From positions 1,263 to 65,262 of the forward strand of contig MHDZ01000015.1 in the NCBI GenBank assembly GCA_001805055.1: 64,000 nucleotides of DNA. Direction: 5' to 3'. This stretch comes from Nitrospirae bacterium GWC2_57_13. Lineage in GTDB: Bacteria; Nitrospirota; UBA9217. This document shows positions 8,501 through 16,286 of this stretch, in pieces. The notes beneath the pieces are model-generated. The model was not told the origin of the DNA. It was given only the letters and a program-made list of their open reading frames with translations, and did no database searches. The position numbers and the translations under genes were made by a program. Within the stretch, counting starts at the first letter, position 1. Each line of letters begins with the position of its first letter.

Positions 8501-9004
8501 TCAAATCGGTGGAAGCTCAACCATGAGACCTTTTTCCCTGGCAAATGCGATGAGCTTCTGCGTGCTGCCCATTTTGTACTTATAGTCGCCGGCTTTCGAC
8601 TGCCATTTCAGTTTTCTGCTGTTCATAACGAACGTAAACCGGTGACGTTTTGGACTGAACATCAGACCGCCACCGAACATAAACGCGATTGCCAATGCAC
8701 CCACCGGCACACGAGTGCCTGCCGGAATGTCGGAACTAAGAATAAAGCCAACCAGAAGAACAAGGAACGCACCCAGCATCATGGGTAGAAACGCATGACG
8801 CGTTTCGTAGGTAATGCGCGAACATTGACCCAGAGGAAACTCGACCAACTCGAAGGGCTTCATCGCCAGTTCCTTGCGCTTCACAAATACGATCTTGCGC
8901 GTTGTAACGGAGGCCACCTGGTTCGGATTCCTGGCGTACTCATCGGGATGGACGAAGATGGCGATGGATTCTTCTTGCATGGTGGGTTGTTCCTGCGTGT
9001 TCAT
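8501..9004 (-). CDS. Hypothetical membrane protein (2 TM)
   Basis: Start MNTQEQPTMQEESIAIFVHPDEY preceded by GGAGGAA. Two hydrophobic helices in the centre. Function unknown. Confidence 0.5.
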   Translation of the reverse strand: MNTQEQPTMQEESIAIFVHPDEYARNPNQVASVTTRKIVFVKRKELAMKPFELVEFPLGQCSRITYETRHAFLPMMLGAFLVLLVGFILSSDIPAGTRVPVGALAIAFMFGGGLMFSPKRHRFTFVMNSRKLKWQSKAGDYKYKMGSTQKLIAFAREKGLMVELPPI

Positions 9005-9286
9005 TTCTCTCTCATTCCTCCAAAACTGACTGCCGGCTTTAGGACTCGGCATTATTTGCGCATCCGGGTTGGACGGCAGGTTGAACGAAAATTGAAACGA
9101 CATAATACGTACAGGTTCCGACAGCATATCAACTCTGCAGAAAAGACCGCACAGAAACTGATACAATCATCCATTCCATGGCTGCTCACCACCTCTCCTG
9201 AGCACCCGAAGGCACGGTGGAGCTCCCGACGTCCGCTCGATCCCGTGGCGAGCTATCTCTCTGCAGGACTAAGAATCTCCGACCAT

Positions 9287-10108
9287 TTATTTAAGCTTGT
9301 CTCCGCTCAGTTGCTTCGCCTTCTGGACTGTCTGCTGAAATCTCGAATCGTTTTTCAACTGCGGCTTCTTGTTCAGAATCAACGTGAGCGTATCTTTTGC
9401 CGCGTCGATGCTCCCCGTGGCTGCATACGCGATCGCGCAGGCATACATGAATTCTTCGTGAGAACTCACCGTTCTATTTAATGCATACGTCCGGTCGGCA
9501 GACCTTAGCGCCGCTTTGTAGTCCCCAGCGTTTGCATACGCTATGGTCAGGTTTCGGTATACGTCCCATCGATTGCCGTCTTCAAACTGGCTCATCTTTT
9601 CCAACGGACCGATGGCGCCGCGGTAGTCTCCGAGTTCCAGGCGAAGGTTCCCAAGGAACAGATAAAACGGCGAATAGTCCGGATGCTGCTCTATGAGCCT
9701 GGCGGCCCTTTTCTCGATTATCTCCAGTTGCTTGCGGTCCGGTTCCGTGCGGGCGTGCGCTTCTCGCGAATCAGCGTTCAGCCTGACCATTTCCATCATC
9801 GCGCGGTAATGACCCGGCAGCTTATCGTTCCTGAGTATGGGATCCAATACATCCCGTGCTTTCGCATATTGACCCAACAGGACATGCACCGTCGCCAGCC
9901 GCGCCTCATATAAGCCCGTTCCTTTGCACTTTGCCTCTAATTTCTGCCATTCCGCAAGCAGTTTGTTATAATCCTGCCCGCTGCCGCCACCCTGACCGGC
10001 AGACAATCGGTCCCACTGTTGGTCACACCACTCAGCGCTTTCTCCAGCGATGGAAAGTTGTGGTATGAGTACAAGCACTGCCAGAATCAATAACGATCGA
10101 GTATGCAT
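9287..10108 (-). CDS. Secreted TPR-repeat protein
   Basis: Signal peptide MHTRSLLILAVLVLIPQLSIAGES. Multiple TPR-like helices (LGQYAKARDVL, YANAGDYKAALRSADRTYAL). SD GGAGGGGG. Confidence 0.7.
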   Translation of the reverse strand: MHTRSLLILAVLVLIPQLSIAGESAEWCDQQWDRLSAGQGGGSGQDYNKLLAEWQKLEAKCKGTGLYEARLATVHVLLGQYAKARDVLDPILRNDKLPGHYRAMMEMVRLNADSREAHARTEPDRKQLEIIEKRAARLIEQHPDYSPFYLFLGNLRLELGDYRGAIGPLEKMSQFEDGNRWDVYRNLTIAYANAGDYKAALRSADRTYALNRTVSSHEEFMYACAIAYAATGSIDAAKDTLTLILNKKPQLKNDSRFQQTVQKAKQLSGDKLK

Positions 10109-10265
10109 TTATTCCCCCTCCAGGAGATTAAAAATTCAAAATCGTATAAGAGCACTCGCTATTATTGCAATTTTCAAGTTCTTAACTCAGTGCCTTTCAA
10201 AGAGCCATTGGCCTGGGGATGTGCAGGACCGCGCTTTCTACGGCAGCCGACCACATGGTTCGGCC

Positions 10266-10640
10266 CTAATTCTCGTTTACCCGCTTCTTCATCCTGATTG
10301 ATCGCAGCCATTCAAGGTCCTTCTTCGTCCCGTTATGGTATCTGATAATCTTGCCGTCACCCGTGATCTCCATCCAGCGAAAATCGCCCAACGTATTCAA
10401 GGGATAGGGCCCCCACGCAGTCACGATCCAGACACCATTCTGATGCGAGGTCACCTCCAGATGTACGCCCTCTGCCCAATAGGGCGGTTCCCTTCGCACT
10501 ACTTCCGCTCTCGCAATCTGGAGTATTGCCTGTTCCCGTATCTTTACTTCATCGCTCTTTTCGGCGTCCGTGAAGTAGTGAGACGCGCAGGAACACAGCG
10601 ACGCTATCGAGAGCATAACAATTATTATCAAGATTCTCAC
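10266..10640 (-). CDS. Small lipoprotein, hypothetical
   Basis: MRILIIIVMLSIASLCSCAS has a lipobox LCSC. GTG start at 10640, with an alternative ATG at 10616. About 105-aa mature domain. Confidence 0.55.
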   Translation of the reverse strand: MRILIIIVMLSIASLCSCASHYFTDAEKSDEVKIREQAILQIARAEVVRREPPYWAEGVHLEVTSHQNGVWIVTAWGPYPLNTLGDFRWMEITGDGKIIRYHNGTKKDLEWLRSIRMKKRVNEN

Positions 10641-10665
10641 AATAGTAGCTTTCCGGCCTGTAGGC

Positions 10666-12102
10666 TCAATCGAACATTTTCTCCAACTGCTTTCTCACCG
10701 TTCCTGACTCAGGCACCGCCGACCAGCTTGGATAACCCTTCTCACCAGTCGACTTCCACCACTTCAGGACCGCCGGCGGGATGGCACGATGAGGTGCAAG
10801 CCTTTCCGGGAACACGGGCGAGACAAAGGCGGCGCTCCGGGTATAGCTGTCCCAGAGCCCGTCCGAGCAGGCATAGCACGTCCCGCCCGTCAGAAGCACC
10901 TCGATGCCGAGCGCGTCGTTATGGACGATCGGCCGCACTTTGGTCAGGTCCAGCTCGGTTGCGCTCTCGATCATTTCATCATTGATCGCCTTGACAGCCT
11001 TTGCGCCAAGGGCCGTCATAACAGCGTCGTGTTCCGTCTGCGTGAACAACGTTTGCATGGATCCCCCGCCCTTTCGCTGCTGCTCATCAGCACGCTTTTT
11101 CTGAACTGGCGCTGCCAGGATCTTTTCGCCCGTCTCAACGTTCACAATGATCATCTCATGTCCCATGCCGCCGTGTGCCGCTCCGCAGCCATAATAATAC
11201 GTTTTCGGGACGACAAAGAGCCATGGGCCGACCATGCCGAGCACCTCAAATTCCGTGCTCCGGTCACCGTATTCGTCTCCCTCCGCCGCCACGATGACGG
11301 TCCGCGTCTCCTTGCCGTCCGGACCGGTCCTGATGATCGACAGTTCAGGCTCCTCGGCATCAACCAGCTTCGGCCTGGCATCAGGGTCCTTAATGTCAGC
11401 GGTGAAGCAATCAGCATTCTTGACCTTTCGCTTCTCGATCCTGACCTCAGAGAACGTTCCATTGATGATGCTGACAGGCAACGCGCCTTTCCTGCGTTTT
11501 ACGACGGTCCCTGAATCGTCGATCCACAGGAGTTCGCTCTGGAGAGGAGCCCCCTTTTTGTTCTCCTGCGATATTTTCCACACCAGAAAGCCATCACCGG
11601 ACACAGCATGCGGCGTCGACGCAGAAGGCGCATCCTTTTCTCCGAGAATTATGAACGCATCTTTCGTTTTTCGAAGCACCAGGGCCGTGCTTGCGTCGCC
11701 TTCTTTCACAACACCCTTGGCACTCTTTATCTTATAATGAAATGAGACGGCGACCTCCCTCTCACGATCAGTGACTACCGGCTGGACCTTGAGCGAGAGA
11801 AACAGATGCTCCCGGTTCGGCCAGCGGTCGAAGTACTTCTCCTTGTCCGCCGCAACAGCCGCCTTGCTTACCCGTCCAAGCTTGTAGAAATCCACCTCAT
11901 CGGCGTAGAGCTTCATGACCTCGTCGAAGTTTTCGTTCTTCTGGCTAAGGTCCAGCCACTTCGTAACAAACCTCAGCACCTCGACCTCACCTTCGATGTT
12001 CAAGGGGAAGTCCTTTGCCCACAGCATGCCGGGCTGAGTACATATAAAGACGAAGAGCATCAAGACAATTCTTCCCATGACCGCCGTGATCCATCGAGAC
12101 AT
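10666..12102 (-). CDS. Secreted protein, paralogue 1 of a 3-member family sharing an N-terminal ~120-aa domain (NTF2/SnoaL-like resemblance)
   Basis: Signal peptide MSRWITAVMGRIVLMLFVFICTQPGMLWA. Shared domain WLDLSQKNENFDEVMKLYADEVDFYKLGRVSKAAVAADKEKYFDRWPNREH...VLRKTKDAFIILGEKD. SD GGAGGA with a 7-nt spacer before ATG 12102. C-terminal ~300 aa is unique. Confidence 0.7.
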   Translation of the reverse strand: MSRWITAVMGRIVLMLFVFICTQPGMLWAKDFPLNIEGEVEVLRFVTKWLDLSQKNENFDEVMKLYADEVDFYKLGRVSKAAVAADKEKYFDRWPNREHLFLSLKVQPVVTDREREVAVSFHYKIKSAKGVVKEGDASTALVLRKTKDAFIILGEKDAPSASTPHAVSGDGFLVWKISQENKKGAPLQSELLWIDDSGTVVKRRKGALPVSIINGTFSEVRIEKRKVKNADCFTADIKDPDARPKLVDAEEPELSIIRTGPDGKETRTVIVAAEGDEYGDRSTEFEVLGMVGPWLFVVPKTYYYGCGAAHGGMGHEMIIVNVETGEKILAAPVQKKRADEQQRKGGGSMQTLFTQTEHDAVMTALGAKAVKAINDEMIESATELDLTKVRPIVHNDALGIEVLLTGGTCYACSDGLWDSYTRSAAFVSPVFPERLAPHRAIPPAVLKWWKSTGEKGYPSWSAVPESGTVRKQLEKMFD

Positions 12103-12217
12103 CCTTTTGTCCTCCATGACACAAAACATCTATTCATTGCTGCGCAGAGCCTGATAAAAACATACTGCTTCGCCGACTTCTTCCCCTCACGTAATCGGCC
12201 CCGGCAAAAACGCCCGC

Positions 12218-13090
12218 TCATCTAAAATAGATATCCACGTAATCAGTTGCCTGATCGCAAGGGTTGTCCATCTTCACAAGCCGCCAGTATTTCCGTTTGC
12301 CGGTTATCCGGAACGTCATCTCCCCTTCACGTATGCAGGGCTTGCCCCCGTTAATGTGATATACCTTTGTGACGATCGTACCCCTGAAGGTAAATTCGCC
12401 GGCGCCGACTTTTGTGATGATGCCGCTGATCGTGACGTAATCGTCGTTCTTCTCGCTTTTCTGTTCTCCTTTGATGGATAGTGCGCCGTTCTGCTCCGTA
12501 ACAACAGCCTTGCCAAAGTGGTCCCAGCTTATCCACTGGAGGGACAGGAGATGTTCTCCCAGCAGCTGCGTTTTCGCCTGCTCATCGTTTCCTGTGCCGC
12601 CGTCTGAGATGGCGCCGCTCTTCTCCCCCGCCCCTTCCTTCTCGCTCACAATCAAAATCCTGTCGTTCTGCTTCCGCAGCACGAGCATCGTTTTGGCATC
12701 GCCCTGACTCGATTTCTTGCTGTTGCTGATCTCGTAATGGAACACCACAGCCACCTTTATTTCATTCTCCCCATTTCCAGAAGACACGGTGATGGTCTCA
12801 GCAACATGCTCACGCATCGGCCAGCGGTCGAAATACTTGCGCTTGTCCGCCCTGACCACATCTCTAGTGACCCGGCCGAGTTTATAGAAGTCTACCTCGT
12901 CTGCATACAGCGCCATTACTCCAGCGAGGCTATTGTTGTCCTGGCTCAGCTCCAGCCACCGAACGACGACGGCCCTGGCCTCTTCTCCACCGGTCAACAT
13001 TGATTCCATTGCAGTCAGCGTGCCGGCCGGAATGTTAACTGACAAAAAAAGTATTCCGTAAACGATAAACCGCACTATGTGCTTTACCAT
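12218..13090 (-). CDS. Secreted protein, paralogue 2 (the shared domain followed by a Gly/Ser-rich region and a C-terminal domain)
   Basis: Signal peptide MVKHIVRFIVYGILFLSVNIPAGTLTA. Shared domain WLELSQDNNSLAGVMALYADEVDFYKLGRVTRDVVRADKRKYFDRWPMREH...VLRKQNDRILIVSEKEG. SD GAGGTG with a 6-nt spacer. Confidence 0.7.
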   Translation of the reverse strand: MVKHIVRFIVYGILFLSVNIPAGTLTAMESMLTGGEEARAVVVRWLELSQDNNSLAGVMALYADEVDFYKLGRVTRDVVRADKRKYFDRWPMREHVAETITVSSGNGENEIKVAVVFHYEISNSKKSSQGDAKTMLVLRKQNDRILIVSEKEGAGEKSGAISDGGTGNDEQAKTQLLGEHLLSLQWISWDHFGKAVVTEQNGALSIKGEQKSEKNDDYVTISGIITKVGAGEFTFRGTIVTKVYHINGGKPCIREGEMTFRITGKRKYWRLVKMDNPCDQATDYVDIYFR

Positions 13091-13123
13091 GCCATTCACC
13101 TCGCTCACGTAGAATCCAGGGCC

Positions 13124-13513
13124 CTACCTGGATTGCTTCCGAGCCACAATCTCAGCAAGCTTCCTGACGGACATTGTGGACACGATCTCCCTATTGTCTC
13201 TGCCGAGCTCATTGTCGGGTATTTCTATTTTATAGGCTTCTTCGAGCGCCATAACGATCTCTACCATATCCAGATCATCTGCGCGAAACTTCTGTTTTGA
13301 GAGCGGGACATCTGCGGCAATATCTCGGGGTTTAACCTGCAGAATATCGGCCGCGATCTTTCTCACCTGTTCCAGCAGTTTCGCGTCAACGGAGCGTACT
13401 GTCCTCGCCTTCGGCGCTGCCGGTCTCTGCTCCGCGCACACGCTGACCGGCGTCGCTGCAGTAACTGCGGCCGCAAGACACAGCATCAAGCGGATGATAG
13501 TACGAATGTTCAT
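13124..13513 (-). CDS. Signal-peptide-bearing acyl-carrier-protein-like protein with Asp in place of the phosphopantetheine-attachment Ser
   Basis: MNIRTIIRLMLCLAAAVTAATPVSVCA|EQ is an Sec/SPI-type signal. The mature part aligns to the ACP fold: LLEQVRKIAADILQVKPRDIAADVPLSKQKFRADDLDMVEIVMALEEAYKIEIPDNEL, compared with canonical [20 protein letters not shown]. The ATG overlaps the upstream gene's TGA (ATGA), indicating translational coupling. Confidence 0.6.
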   Translation of the reverse strand: MNIRTIIRLMLCLAAAVTAATPVSVCAEQRPAAPKARTVRSVDAKLLEQVRKIAADILQVKPRDIAADVPLSKQKFRADDLDMVEIVMALEEAYKIEIPDNELGRDNREIVSTMSVRKLAEIVARKQSR

Positions 13514-14085
13514 GACGGCAAGACCTCCTTCGTCGCCCCAGGCTGATCCAGGCGCTCTTGCGATGACTTCTCTCCTCCTCGCGTACGCCTCGAATTCACG
13601 AGCGTAACGACGGCGGCAAAGACAATTGTGATCTCGAACAAGAATGTCCAGTGAAACACAAAATTCCAGACCCACCAGCCGTATCTTGCGGGAACGTCGA
13701 ACATCACGAAATCGTGGCTCGAAAACGGCGCCAGCCAACGGACCTTGCCGACAATGGTATCAAGGCCAAGATGAATGAAAACATTCGAAAAAAAGATAGC
13801 TGCTGCGGGCAGGACCGATGGTTGCCTGAGGACGGCCCCTCCGGCCAGTACCAGTCCGAACAGCGCAAGCCAGAAAAGCGGGATATGCGTCCAGTAGCCG
13901 TGGTGCAGATACTGCCGGTCGTCGATAAGATAAAAATACAGCATGTCCAGATCAGGCAGCAAACTCCCAAGGAGGCCCAGCGCCATCAAGCGACCGTTGG
14001 ATTTAGTTGACGATTCGGTCTTGAACTGATTGCTGAGCAGCATGCGAGTCCAGAGATAGCCGGCAGGAAGATGTCCTATGAACAT
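13510..14085 (-). CDS. Membrane-bound metal-dependent hydrolase, YdjM/DUF457 family
   Basis: MFIGHLPAGYLW...LPDLDMLYFY...HHGYWTHIPLFW shows the His-rich DUF457 signature with several TM helices. SD AGGGGTG. Its stop overlaps the ACP-like start. Confidence 0.7.
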   Translation of the reverse strand: MFIGHLPAGYLWTRMLLSNQFKTESSTKSNGRLMALGLLGSLLPDLDMLYFYLIDDRQYLHHGYWTHIPLFWLALFGLVLAGGAVLRQPSVLPAAAIFFSNVFIHLGLDTIVGKVRWLAPFSSHDFVMFDVPARYGWWVWNFVFHWTFLFEITIVFAAVVTLVNSRRTRGGEKSSQERLDQPGATKEVLPS

Positions 14086-14246
14086 TCACGCACCCCTAAT
14101 ACGGGCAAGCCCCGCAAGCGGGACGAGGCCGGAAATGGAGATTGAACATTGTAAATTGCAGTAACGACCAGGCAAACGTCTTTTTTCTCCACAACTGCAC
14201 CGCTCAGTCGGGAAAAAATTCACATCCGTGCCTGTACCCATTTTTC

Positions 14247-14699
14247 TCAGGGGCTGGTTGCGATAAGCTTCGACTCCTCTACTCCCATTTTCCCTTTTTC
14301 TTTGTCCACGAGTTGCAGCTTGGAGCCGGCCGCCCATGTGCCCATCTTTACTTCCTGCCAGATATAATACGTTTCTCCTGCTTTGGCATCAAGGTTAAGC
14401 GTCGAGGTATTTTCCGTGACCGAGGCAAATTCGTGCTTTCCCGGAGGAAGCAGCCACATAAAATAGGTCTTCGAAGCCGTCTGACCTGCGAACCTGCCGT
14501 CCAGGTTCACGGTCATCTTGATGGCCGCGCCCATGGCTTCGTTGCGGTACAGATACACAAGCGCCTTGTCTTTCGGCGCCGTCATGCTCTTTGCCTTCAT
14601 GTCCATTTCGGGCGGCGCCATAGGCACCGACGCGCAGGCGCTGACCATCACGAGCATGGCGCCTGCAAGGACCAACAGCAACGACCTTTTCTTGTTCAT
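14247..14699 (-). CDS. Lipoprotein, DUF2846-like
   Basis: MNKKRSLLLVLAGAMLVMVSAC has a lipobox. ALVYLYRNEAMGAAIKMTVNLDGRFAGQTASKTYFMWLLPPGKHEF matches the DUF2846 pattern. SD AAGGAGGG with a 5-nt spacer. Confidence 0.65.
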   Translation of the reverse strand: MNKKRSLLLVLAGAMLVMVSACASVPMAPPEMDMKAKSMTAPKDKALVYLYRNEAMGAAIKMTVNLDGRFAGQTASKTYFMWLLPPGKHEFASVTENTSTLNLDAKAGETYYIWQEVKMGTWAAGSKLQLVDKEKGKMGVEESKLIATSP

Positions 14700-14751
14700 T
14701 CTATCCCTCCTTCTACCTCGTATTTGATTCGGGTTTCTCCCGACTGAGCGG

Positions 14752-15105
14752 TCATTTGATCAAAGCATCTCTCCCCCGTCCCAAGCACCATGTAGCGTAA
14801 TTCAACGGTTCAAAACCGGGGCACTCACTGGCCAGCTTCTGGGGATAGCTTACCACAGGACAGGGCCGTTCTCCGGTAAAATGATAGTAGTGTTCCCCGT
14901 CCTCGCCATAGAGCCACCAGTCGCCGGAGCCCGGATTCAGCACTGTCGGCTCGAAGCTGAATATCGAAGACTGCCTGGGAATAACAAAAAGCGGATCAAT
15001 CGCGAGAAGCCACACATTGCTCACAATAGGAGTCATCAGGAGAATAAGCAGAACCGCAAGTAGAACCGCTCCTGCTGCACCGCTTGCGATCTTTCTATTT
15101 CTCAC
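14752..15105 (-). CDS. Small membrane protein, hypothetical
   Basis: GTG start 4 nt after the stop of the upstream paralogue-3 gene. N-terminal TM helices (AAGAVLLAVLLILLMTPIVSNVWLLAI), then a Cys/Trp-containing tail. Confidence 0.45.
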   Translation of the reverse strand: MRNRKIASGAAGAVLLAVLLILLMTPIVSNVWLLAIDPLFVIPRQSSIFSFEPTVLNPGSGDWWLYGEDGEHYYHFTGERPCPVVSYPQKLASECPGFEPLNYATWCLGRGRDALIK

Positions 15106-15109
15106 CCTG

Positions 15110-16264
15110 TTACCGCTCCCTCTCGCTTACGATCACGAATCCCCTTTCCATCTTGTGCAGTACAAGCACGGCGCCTGCTCTCCCTTCAATGCTCTTTCTG
15201 CCGTCCGACAGAGTATAGTGAAATACCAAACTCACCATTTTGTCGCCGATCTCATTGTTGTCGGAAATGTCGATCGATTGCAACGCGTGCTCCCGCTTCG
15301 GCCATTTGTCGAAATATTTGTTCTTGTCTTCTTCAATAGCAGCCTTCTTTACTTTCCCTTGCTTGTAAAATTCCACCTCTTCGGCATAGAGCGCCATGAT
15401 GGCGCCGAAGTTCTCATTCTTCTCGCTCAATCGAAGCCAGACTTCGATGAATTGCATGGCCTCCTTATCCGTCGCCGGCTCCCCTGTCATCTGAGCCAGT
15501 GTGTAGACTCCGCGGTTGAATGTATAACGCCTTGTTCGATTTATTTTGATGATCCCATCACCCAGTCGTTCGGAATCAGTGCCCCTTGTCACAACAAGGA
15601 TGTCAAAGAACTCCCGAGGTAATGCGGGAAGAAACGAGATGGTTGAGTCGAAAGAGTAGCACTTTTCTTTTTCAGTGCAGGCGCCTGTATTGTCTCCCGA
15701 GGTGTCGTAGATAGAGAGATCTTTGAGTTTTCCCCGATGCTCATACACGAAGGCTTTTGACCCCGCGTAGTATCCTCGATTTCCACCGCCTGTCTCGAAC
15801 AGTACGCCGAATCGCTCGGCCCCGATTTTGACCAACTCTCCACCGTGCCCGTAGCCATGGGCGCCCTGGACGAGGACATTCCGCGCCACAGCATCGACCC
15901 GCCAGCCATTTGCCACTTTCGTCATCGCCGCGGCGCTGATCGTCGCGCCGCAGGTCTGGCACTCCCCGTGATCGGCACGCTGCGTGAAAAAGTATAGCCT
16001 CTCGACAGTACCCTGCTTGAACGGAATCGTCTTAAGCGGCCAGTCATCTTCCGGCGGAGGGGCCATCGGATCCTGCTTCTTCGGCTTCCATTCAGAATAG
16101 CTTTTTTTCGGGTCGTACTTTCCTTTGATGACGGCGAGTCCCTTGCCGGGGTTGAATTCGCCGACGATAATGGTTCCCGCCTGTGTCTTCTGACCGGCGG
16201 CGGATGCACCGGGATTCAGCATCAGGAACAGGAGTAGAGAGATTGATATAACACCGGTTTTCAT
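15110..16264 (-). CDS. Secreted protein, paralogue 3 (unique N-terminal ~230-aa domain, with the shared domain at the C-terminus)
   Basis: Signal peptide MKTGVISISLLLFLMLNPGASAAG. C-terminal WLRLSEKNENFGAIMALYAEEVEFYKQGKVKKAAIEEDKNKYFDKWPKREH...VLHKMERGFVIVSERER. SD AAGGAGGA with an 8-nt spacer. Confidence 0.7.
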   Translation of the reverse strand: MKTGVISISLLLFLMLNPGASAAGQKTQAGTIIVGEFNPGKGLAVIKGKYDPKKSYSEWKPKKQDPMAPPPEDDWPLKTIPFKQGTVERLYFFTQRADHGECQTCGATISAAAMTKVANGWRVDAVARNVLVQGAHGYGHGGELVKIGAERFGVLFETGGGNRGYYAGSKAFVYEHRGKLKDLSIYDTSGDNTGACTEKEKCYSFDSTISFLPALPREFFDILVVTRGTDSERLGDGIIKINRTRRYTFNRGVYTLAQMTGEPATDKEAMQFIEVWLRLSEKNENFGAIMALYAEEVEFYKQGKVKKAAIEEDKNKYFDKWPKREHALQSIDISDNNEIGDKMVSLVFHYTLSDGRKSIEGRAGAVLVLHKMERGFVIVSERER

Positions 16265-16286
16265 ATTCCTTGTCCTCCTTTGCTAC

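Noticed and set aside
14795-14830. tRNA-like T-loop sequence GGTTCAAAACCGG
   Set aside because: It lies inside a reasonable minus-strand CDS with no acceptor-stem or anticodon-arm complementarity around it. No tRNA or rRNA genes are evident anywhere in the window.
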